This document shows, piece after piece, positions 57,307 to 64,000 of a stretch of DNA of 64,000 nt. Origin of the DNA: Patescibacteria group bacterium (GTDB lineage: Bacteria; Patescibacteriota; Minisyncoccia; Phycocordibacterales; DATDWN01). The notes beneath the pieces were generated by a model. That model was not told where the DNA came from, searched no databases, and saw nothing but the letters and a program-made list of their open reading frames with translations. How positions within the stretch are numbered: the first letter of the stretch is position 1; every line of letters starts with the position of its first letter. The position numbers and the translations under genes were made by a program. Where the stretch lies: contig JACDEV010000001.1 in the NCBI GenBank assembly GCA_013816135.1, positions 28,994 to 92,993 of the forward strand. The letters are read 5' to 3'.

Positions 57307-57891
57307 ATGAATGAAGAAACTCCTTTAATTTCTCCTATTAAACCCCAATCTTCCAATAAAGCTGTTCTGAAAGAAATAATAATATTGGGCCTCATTGCAC
57401 TTGGAATCATACTTCCATTTCGGCTTTTTATTGCCGAGCCTTATATAGTTTCAGGAGCCTCAATGGACCCTACATTTAAAACTGGAGACTATTTAATAGT
57501 AGATAAGCTTTCATATGAACTAGGAACCCCAAAAAGGAATACAGTTATAGTATTCAAATACCCTAACGACCCTACAAAAAGCTTCATCAAAAGAGTGATT
57601 GGTTTACCCGGCGAAACTGTAATTATGGAAGGTAATAATGTTCGAATAATAAATAAGGACAAACCACAAGGTTTTGAAGTTGATCAATCCTATGTAACTC
57701 ATCCCCAAGCAGAATCTTTCCAAAAAACATTAAAAAGCGATGAGTATTTCGTTATGGGAGATAATAGAAGGGAAAGTTTTGATTCCAGATCATGGGGACC
57801 ACTTCAGAAAAAGTTTATTCTTGGTAAACCAATACTAAGATTATTTCCAATAAATAAAATAAGTGTGCAGCCAGGAAAGGATGATAAGTAA
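57307..57891 (+). CDS. lepB: Signal peptidase I
   Basis: SGASMDPTFKTGDYLIVDK (S26 SM.PT box) and GDNRRESFDSR. The start was moved to the Met at 57307 (MNEETPLI...) inside the listed ORF. Confidence 0.8.
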   Translation: MNEETPLISPIKPQSSNKAVLKEIIILGLIALGIILPFRLFIAEPYIVSGASMDPTFKTGDYLIVDKLSYELGTPKRNTVIVFKYPNDPTKSFIKRVIGLPGETVIMEGNNVRIINKDKPQGFEVDQSYVTHPQAESFQKTLKSDEYFVMGDNRRESFDSRSWGPLQKKFILGKPILRLFPINKISVQPGKDDK

Positions 57892-57908
57892 AAAATAGTT
57901 TAATTACA

Positions 57909-59108
57909 ATGGGTAAAAAAGAACCAATCAAAGAAAAAACCCATTTAGAAAGTATTACCGATAAGATCGGTGAAATTGCTGTGCACTATGGTTTTACTGT
58001 TATCAAACCTCCAACAGTTTCAAACGACGATCTGTCAAAATCAAAGCAATTCAAAGAATTTGACCATTATGGAGATGTTGAAGAGAAAGTAGCCCTTACT
58101 CGATGGTACATGGATGCAAGACTAGATTTAGAATCGCAGCCACTAGCTATTCATTTCAAAAAACCACTGCCGGGAAGTTTATTGAGGAAGAAAGCAACTC
58201 ACGAAATGTATGGCTTTGAGATAATGGGAAGCAACAGATGTACGAGTGAAGCTCTACTTATAAAATGTGCTTTAGCAGTTCTAGAGGAGCAAGGTTATGA
58301 AGACATATATATAGACATAAACAGCATCGGAGATCGTGAATCTATAAACAAATTTGAGAGGGAATTAAACACCTATTTCCGTAAGAACGGCAATGCTTTG
58401 CCAGTAAAACATAGACAGGAATTCAAAAAAAATCACTATTCAATACTCTTGAGGCCGACAGCAGAAACAAAAGAATTTCTTGATAACGCACCACAACCTG
58501 TAGCTTCCCTTTCAGAACTCGGAAGGATTCATTTTAAGGAAGTTCTTGAATCTATCGAAGCTTTTGATGTTGCCTACAAAATAAAATCTAATATTTTATC
58601 TAACAAGAACTACGCCTCTTATACAATTTTTGAGATAAGACAATCTTCAAAAACAGAAGGTGAAGCAGATGAGTTGTTAGCTTACGGCTATCGATACAAT
58701 CACTTAGCAAAAAAACTAGGAGGTAAAAGAGAGATACCTTCAATCGGTGTAACTATTATAGTAAAAAAAGATCCTAAACTCTTAAAGAAGGTTTTAGTAA
58801 AAAACATAAAAAAGCCTAGATTTTACCTCGTACAGCTAGGTTCGACTGCAAAACTCAAAGCTTTAAATATTGTTGAAATGCTTCGAAAGTTAAAAATACC
58901 TGTTTACCATTCAATTACTAAAGACAAGATTACTGGGCAATTAAACGGAGCAGAATATATGAAAGCTACTCACGTACTCATAATGGGTCAGAAAGAAGCT
59001 ATTGAGAACTCTATCGTCGTTCGTAATGTCTCAAACAGAGAGCAAGAAACTATCCCTTTAGAAGAGCTTGGTGAATTCTTGAGGAACTTAGATAGCGGCA
59101 AGAAATAA
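57909..59108 (+). CDS. Histidyl-tRNA synthetase-like class II aaRS (divergent motif 2; may be a true HisRS or a HisZ-like paralog)
   Basis: Motif-3-like YGYRYNHLAKKLGGKREIPSIGVTI and the HisRS-like EMYGFEIMGSN...IYIDINSIGD. C-terminal HGTP-type anticodon-binding domain (YLVQLGSTAKLKALNIVEMLRKLKIPVY). Confidence 0.5.
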   Translation: MGKKEPIKEKTHLESITDKIGEIAVHYGFTVIKPPTVSNDDLSKSKQFKEFDHYGDVEEKVALTRWYMDARLDLESQPLAIHFKKPLPGSLLRKKATHEMYGFEIMGSNRCTSEALLIKCALAVLEEQGYEDIYIDINSIGDRESINKFERELNTYFRKNGNALPVKHRQEFKKNHYSILLRPTAETKEFLDNAPQPVASLSELGRIHFKEVLESIEAFDVAYKIKSNILSNKNYASYTIFEIRQSSKTEGEADELLAYGYRYNHLAKKLGGKREIPSIGVTIIVKKDPKLLKKVLVKNIKKPRFYLVQLGSTAKLKALNIVEMLRKLKIPVYHSITKDKITGQLNGAEYMKATHVLIMGQKEAIENSIVVRNVSNREQETIPLEELGEFLRNLDSGKK

Positions 59109-59149
59109 GCCTTGAACTCATTTTAATCTTGTGCTAGAGTAGACCTCAT

Positions 59150-59398
59150 ATGATAAACGCAGAAGTAGTAAAAACTGGAAACGAAAACAACCTTAACCTC
59201 ATCAGACGATTTACCAAAAGAGTCCAAGGTTCAGGTATTTTGCCACGAGTAAGAAGCATAAGATATGCTTCAAGAAAAATGTCTGAATACGTAAAGCAGA
59301 AAAAAACCTTGAAGGTCTTGAAAAGACGAGAAGAGGTAAATGAACTAATAAAAATGGGAAAAATGTCTGAATATACAGGACGAGGAGCAAAGAAATAG
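59150..59398 (+). CDS. rpsU: 30S ribosomal protein S21
   Basis: LIRRFTKRVQGSGILPRVRSIRYASRKMSEYVKQKK matches the basic S21 pattern; 82 aa. Confidence 0.55.
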   Translation: MINAEVVKTGNENNLNLIRRFTKRVQGSGILPRVRSIRYASRKMSEYVKQKKTLKVLKRREEVNELIKMGKMSEYTGRGAKK

Positions 59399-59400
59399 TA

Positions 59401-59787
59401 ATGAAGGAGGAAAGATTTAGCATAACAAACAAAACAAAAGACACGCTCCCACGCGTGCCTTTTGCTAATATAGCTGAAACGACTTTACCAAAAGATTATG
59501 TATTATCGTTAGTTTTCGTAGGAACAGGTGAATCAAAAAAACTAAATAAGAGTTATAGAAATAAAGATAAGCCCACAAACATTCTCAGCTTCCCTCTTGA
59601 TAAAAAAAATGGAGAAATATTTATTACTTTGTCTGTTGCGAAAAAAGAAGCCAAAAATTTTGATAGAAAAATTGATAATTTTGTAGCATTTCTGTTTATC
59701 CACGGTTTAATGCATTTGAAAGGATTCGATCACGGTAGTACAATGGAAAGAGCTGAGATAAAATTGCGAAAGCAATTTCGTATCTAG
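59401..59787 (+). CDS. ybeY: Endoribonuclease YbeY (rRNA maturation factor)
   Basis: H..HGLMHLKGFDHGS is the YbeY H-x-x-H-G-x-x-H-L-x-G-x-D-H zinc motif. Confidence 0.8.
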   Translation: MKEERFSITNKTKDTLPRVPFANIAETTLPKDYVLSLVFVGTGESKKLNKSYRNKDKPTNILSFPLDKKNGEIFITLSVAKKEAKNFDRKIDNFVAFLFIHGLMHLKGFDHGSTMERAEIKLRKQFRI

Positions 59788-59839
59788 CACTTACTTTTCC
59801 TAAAATTTTCGAAAGCCTTGCACAGGAAATTAGAAAATA

Positions 59840-59915
59840 ACAGCGAGTCCCGTCAGCCGGAGACACTGTTTGAGGCTGCAGCCGAGTTTGTCGGGAGGCA
59901 AGGGACGAGCGCTTT
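59840..59915. repeat. GC-rich palindromic element containing the second, inverted copy of the ~27-nt core seen at 56058-56087
   Basis: The reverse complement of 59861-59890 reads CAAACTCGGCTGCAGCCTCAAACAGTG (25/27 identical to the 56058 copy). It is flanked by the IR AGCGAGTCCC/GGGACGAGCGCT. Confidence 0.45.
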
Positions 59916-59994
59916 ATTTTCTTGATTTCCGAGCAGAGCAAAAGTCTAGAAAGACTTTATGCGAGCTTAAGAAAATTTTTTAGGAAAAAACCTT

Positions 59995-61176
59995 ATGTTA
60001 CGTAATATTGCAGTTGGAATAGATATTGGAACATACCAAGTGAAGGTGGTAGTTGCAGAACTTGTGAAGGAAAACGGAAAATCTGTTACAAAAATCATTG
60101 GTAGTGGGCTGACAGAATCAAAAGGCCTACGACATGGTTATATAATTAATAGCTCAGATGTAACTGAAAGCATTAGAACGGCTGTAAGACTTGCTGAAAA
60201 GACCTCAGGTGTAAAAATAAATAAAGCTTATATTGCAGTTGGTGGAATAGGTCTAACAGGTTTTACAGGCACAGCAAGTACTGTTATCAGCAGAGCAGAC
60301 TTACAAATCACAGAATTGGATATAGATAAGCTACACAAGATCTGCGAAGAAAGCTTGCCACAAAATTTGATCCAGAATCATAAGATACTACACAGCATTC
60401 CACTATCCTACAAAATCGATGGAAAAACACTTTTAGCAAAAAGCCCAATCGACATGAAAGGCACAAAGCTAGACGTAAAAATGCTTTTTGTAACTTGTCT
60501 GGAACCACATTTAAATGATTTATTAGAAGCAGTTGATGAAACAGGAATTCATGTAGTTGATGTCATGGCATCTCCTATTGCTGCTTCATTTGTTACTTTA
60601 TCCAAATCACAAAAAATGGCTGGTTGTGTCCTGGCAAATATCGGTGCGGAAACTGTTTCTATTGTCGTGTTTGAAAATAACATTCCTGTTTCATTGGAAG
60701 TATTCCCGATTGGCTCAACGGACATAACCAACGACATTGCCTTAGGTCTGAAAATTCCTCTTGAAGAAGCTGAAAATCTAAAGGTAGGAGGTATAGGAGC
60801 GAACTCTTATTCAAAAAAGAAACTTGATGAAATCATAACGGCAAGACTTTCTGATATGTTCGAATTGATAGAAAATCATTTAAAAAAAATTGGAAGAAAT
60901 GGACTACTTCCAGCTGGTATTTTTATTACTGGAGGAGGTGGAGGAGTCGGAACTATCGAAGACTTTGCTAAAATAGCTTTAAAACTTCCTTCCCGGATAG
61001 CGGCACTTTCTCTTGGCAATGAAAAAAATAATATGAAAGACTCTACTTGGGCAGTAGCTTACGGTTTATGTATGTTAGGACTATCAAAGGAAGAAAAAGT
61101 TAATCTCGGAATACAAAACACTATGCAGAAATCTGGAAAAATAATATCGGGTTGGATTCAAAAGTTTTTACCTTAA
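59995..61176 (+). CDS. ftsA: Cell division protein FtsA
   Basis: Actin-fold start IAVGIDIGTYQVKVVVAEL, phosphate-2 motif GGIGLTG, and FITGGGGGVGTIEDF. Confidence 0.8.
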   Translation: MLRNIAVGIDIGTYQVKVVVAELVKENGKSVTKIIGSGLTESKGLRHGYIINSSDVTESIRTAVRLAEKTSGVKINKAYIAVGGIGLTGFTGTASTVISRADLQITELDIDKLHKICEESLPQNLIQNHKILHSIPLSYKIDGKTLLAKSPIDMKGTKLDVKMLFVTCLEPHLNDLLEAVDETGIHVVDVMASPIAASFVTLSKSQKMAGCVLANIGAETVSIVVFENNIPVSLEVFPIGSTDITNDIALGLKIPLEEAENLKVGGIGANSYSKKKLDEIITARLSDMFELIENHLKKIGRNGLLPAGIFITGGGGGVGTIEDFAKIALKLPSRIAALSLGNEKNNMKDSTWAVAYGLCMLGLSKEEKVNLGIQNTMQKSGKIISGWIQKFLP

Positions 61177-61312
61177 TTTTTATATTTTTCTTCAAATTTA
61201 GCTTAAATTTGGCTGTAAATCACAGCACAAGGCTTTTTAGTGTCAATTGTTTTTATTTAAATCCTTTTCTGATATAGTACTCTTACTATTCAGAATTAAT
61301 CACAATCACCAC

Positions 61313-62458
61313 ATGCCCTTAATCAAACCAGACGTAGAAGCATTTGCTCGGATAAAAGTACTTGGTATCGGCGGTTCAGGAAAAAATGCACTGAATCACA
61401 TGATAAACTCTAAAGTAAAAGGTGTAGATTTTATTGCTATCAATACTGACTCTCAGGATCTTCATCATGTAATGGCAAAGAGAAAGATTCATATCGGAAA
61501 GAATCTTACACGGGGATTAGGAGCTGGAATGAACCCTGAACTTGGTAAGAGGGCTGTTGAGGAGACAAAGGAAGAGATTCAAGAAGCTGTAAAAGGAGCT
61601 GATATGGTTTTCATAACTTGCGGATTGGGTGGAGGTACTGGTACTGGTGCAGCTCCTATTGTTGCGCGAATCTCAAAAGAGATGGGAGCACTGACTGTTG
61701 CTGTAGTTACCAAGCCATTCTTTTTTGAAGGACAGCAGAGAATGAGACTTGCTGATGCTGGCTTGGATGAATTACGACAAGCAGTTGATGCGATAATCGT
61801 CATTCCTAATGACCGTTTACTTTCTACTATTAGCAAAGAAACTACAGCTAAAAATGCTTTTGGAATGGCCGATGACGTTTTGAAATCTGCAGTTGAAGGT
61901 ATTTCAGACCTTATTACTACTCCAGGAATAATCAACATCGACTTTGCAGATATAAAAGCTGTCATGGCTGATGCAGGGCCAGCTCTGATGGGTATCGGAA
62001 CAGCCTCAGGTGAAAAGCGTGCTGAGGAAGCTGCAAAGATGGCTATCAATTCCCCACTTTTGGAAGTTTCAATAAACGGAGCAAAAGGTGTTCTATTTTC
62101 TATAGCAGGTGGGGATGACTTAGGAATGTTCGAAATTCAAGATGCTGCCAAGATAATAACTGAATCTGTTGATCCAAATGCAAAAATCATATTTGGAACG
62201 GTTAAAGATGATAAGTTAAAAAAAGGAGAAGTTAAAATAACTGTCATTGCTTCAAATTTTCCTGAAAACTACACAAAGAAAACTCTCTTTCAATCAAATA
62301 AACCTGAAGTAGAAAAAGAGGTGGTTAGAGAAGAAAAAGGTAAAATTTATAATTCAATGCCATCATCTGCTCCTGAAGAAAAATCAAATGATAATTCCGA
62401 TGATGATGACGAATGGGGTGCTGTTCCTGCTTTTCTCCGACGTTCAAAGTTAAAATAA
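61313..62458 (+). CDS. ftsZ: Cell division protein FtsZ
   Basis: IKVLGIGGSGKNALNHMI and tubulin signature GGGTGTGAAP. The start was taken at the Met at 61313 inside the listed ORF. Confidence 0.9.
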   Translation: MPLIKPDVEAFARIKVLGIGGSGKNALNHMINSKVKGVDFIAINTDSQDLHHVMAKRKIHIGKNLTRGLGAGMNPELGKRAVEETKEEIQEAVKGADMVFITCGLGGGTGTGAAPIVARISKEMGALTVAVVTKPFFFEGQQRMRLADAGLDELRQAVDAIIVIPNDRLLSTISKETTAKNAFGMADDVLKSAVEGISDLITTPGIINIDFADIKAVMADAGPALMGIGTASGEKRAEEAAKMAINSPLLEVSINGAKGVLFSIAGGDDLGMFEIQDAAKIITESVDPNAKIIFGTVKDDKLKKGEVKITVIASNFPENYTKKTLFQSNKPEVEKEVVREEKGKIYNSMPSSAPEEKSNDNSDDDDEWGAVPAFLRRSKLK

Positions 62459-62486
62459 AGACTACATAAATTTATTTTATTCACGT

Positions 62487-62632
62487 CCTCTTTTTTGTCG
62501 GATACAGCACAATTTCTTCTGTCTTCCGCAGACTCCCTCGGCTTCGGTCGCCCCACTAGGGTGGGGTTTAGTGCTCACGACTAGAAGAAATTGTTGGTAT
62601 CCGAGTCAAAAAATGCGGATGCTCAGAAAATA
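62487..62632. repeat. Long imperfect inverted-repeat element (~35-bp stem) downstream of ftsZ, flanked by a T6 and an A6 run
   Basis: TTTTTTGTCGGATACAGCACAATTTCTTCT...AGAAGAAATTGTTGGTATCCGAGTCAAAAAA, with an inner hairpin CCCCAC-TAG-GGTGGGG. Confidence 0.45.
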
Positions 62633-62674
62633 AATTTACTTCCGTTAATAGGAAATTCAGTATAAAATATTTAT

Positions 62675-63595
62675 ATGACTTATGATTTAATTATTATCGG
62701 TGGAGGTCCTGCGGGTGTTGCAGCAGGAGTTTATGCTGCACGTAAAAGGTTAAAAACACTCCTTATTGCTCCGGAATTCGGTGGACAATCAGTTGTTTCA
62801 GATGGAATTGAAAATTGGATTGGTACAGTAAAAATTTCTGGCTCTGATTTAGCCCACGACCTTAAAGCACACTTACTTGCATATGCTGGAGAAACTGTTG
62901 ATATCAAGGAAGGTGAAACTGTAACAGATATTGTTAAAAATGAATCAGGATTTATAGTAAAATCAGAAAGTGAATACTCAGCAAAATCAATCCTAATAGC
63001 TACTGGAAGTACTCGACGGAAACTAGAAATTCCTGGTGCGGCAGAATTCGACAACAAAGGACTAACTTACTGCGCTTCATGTGATGGACCACTTTTTAGC
63101 GGACAGGATGTGGTTGTAATAGGTGGTGGTAATGCAGCATTTGAATCTGCAGCTCAGCTTTTAGCTTATTGTAAATCCGTAACCTTACTCAATCGAACTG
63201 ATAGTTTCAAAGCTGATGAGATAACAATTTCCAAACTAGAAAAAAATCCAAATTTTAAGATAATAAAAAATGCTGTGCCTACAGAAATAAAAGGCGATGG
63301 TTTTGTAAAAAGTATTATATACACTGATACAAAAACAGGAGAAAACCATGAAATAATTGCTCCAGGAATATTTGTAGAAATAGGACTTATACCTACAACT
63401 TATTTTGCAAAAAACATTATTGAATTAAATAAAATAGGTCAAATCCCTGTAGACCCTAGAAATCAACAAACAAAAGTTCCTGGAATATGGGCTGCTGGTG
63501 ATTGTACTGACGGACTTTACCACCAGAACAACATAGCCTCAGGAGACGCCGTAAAGGCTCTTGAGGACATCTATGTTTCAATGCACACCAAATAA
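62675..63595 (+). CDS. trxB: Thioredoxin-disulfide reductase-like FAD/NAD(P) oxidoreductase
   Basis: FAD site DLIIIGGGPAGVAAGVYAAR, redox CASCDG, NAD site VVVIGGGNAAFESA; 306 aa. Confidence 0.75.
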   Translation: MTYDLIIIGGGPAGVAAGVYAARKRLKTLLIAPEFGGQSVVSDGIENWIGTVKISGSDLAHDLKAHLLAYAGETVDIKEGETVTDIVKNESGFIVKSESEYSAKSILIATGSTRRKLEIPGAAEFDNKGLTYCASCDGPLFSGQDVVVIGGGNAAFESAAQLLAYCKSVTLLNRTDSFKADEITISKLEKNPNFKIIKNAVPTEIKGDGFVKSIIYTDTKTGENHEIIAPGIFVEIGLIPTTYFAKNIIELNKIGQIPVDPRNQQTKVPGIWAAGDCTDGLYHQNNIASGDAVKALEDIYVSMHTK

Positions 63596-63596
63596 A

Positions 63597-63914
63597 CTAC
63601 TTGATATCTTTAATTTCTTTTTTAATCTTTCCTTCTATATTATCCAATTCTTCCTTCAAATCATCTTTTGTTTTCTGTTCTCTTCTTTTAACACCGGCAG
63701 CAGTTTTTGCACTGACTAGATAAGTTACATATGTAGATAAGCCATCTCTCAATTTATCAAATGATGTATGAAGCATCTCTTCAGCTTCTGATATTTCGTG
63801 ACCTTTTTTCTTCTTTGATCGTCTATAAAGGATCCACAAAATTATTAGAAGTAGCAAAAGAAGCAGTAACAATGAAAGGAGTGTGATTATTATCGTCATG
63901 TAATTTAAAATCAA
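63597..63914 (-). CDS. Small membrane protein with a Leu-rich TM helix and a charged coiled-coil tail, hypothetical
   Basis: MTIIITLLSLLLLLLLLLIILWILYRRSKKKK...; 105 aa. Confidence 0.35.
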   Translation of the reverse strand: MILNYMTIIITLLSLLLLLLLLLIILWILYRRSKKKKGHEISEAEEMLHTSFDKLRDGLSTYVTYLVSAKTAAGVKRREQKTKDDLKEELDNIEGKIKKEIKDIK

Positions 63915-64000
63915 GCCACCTAAACGAATAAAGCTAGACGACGTTACCTCAACAGTTATAGGATCTGATAAGCCACTAGCTGATCCACTTTCAGAAACGT

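Noticed and set aside
1-64000. CRISPR arrays, rRNA genes, intact transposases or prophage structural genes
   Set aside because: No regularly spaced direct repeats were seen. No rRNA-like conserved stretches were seen. The only recombinase is the truncated serine recombinase remnant.

Overview
This 64 kb window looks like part of a compact, low-GC bacterial chromosome, probably a Candidate Phyla Radiation/Patescibacteria-type organism; that placement is inference only. Core genes present include a short dnaX, a short infB, a short rel, gyrA, topA, clpB, serS, dus, dprA, parB, murA, miaA, pth, lepB, rpsA, rpsU, ybeY, rbfA, ftsA and ftsZ. There are eight tRNA genes: Gln, Leu(CAA), Trp, Tyr, Cys, Leu(UAA), Lys and Leu(UAG). 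Accessory regions sit next to tRNAs and look GC-richer than their flanks by eye; GC content was not computed. One is an island at 1.7-8.0 kb next to tRNA-Gln carrying an AAA-ATPase/CYTH fusion, an MliC-like protein, a histidine phosphatase, VanW, an ANT-like nucleotidyltransferase, an alpha/beta hydrolase and a NUDIX hydrolase. Another is a degraded integrative element between tRNA-Trp and tRNA-Tyr with a 5'-truncated large serine recombinase. A third lies downstream of tRNA-Leu(UAG), where tRNA 3'-end repeats pile up before a run of accessory genes. The most unusual locus is a minus-strand operon at 45.9-50.2 kb: a methyltransferase, a solute-binding-like protein, then six tandem paralogous small two-helix membrane proteins with VirB2/TrbC pilin-like architecture. 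Several repeated structured non-coding elements also stand out. Two copies of a ~115-nt element have covarying hairpins. Degenerate tRNA-Leu copies carrying insertions sit convergent to both real tRNA-Leu genes. A ~560-nt GC-rich region has RNase P-like P4 motifs. A ~330-nt structured region sits in front of a zinc-ribbon gene. gyrA is split by a single-base frameshift in an A5 homopolymer. No CRISPR array or rRNA was seen. Coordinates of RNA and repeat features were located by eye and may be off by a few bases.
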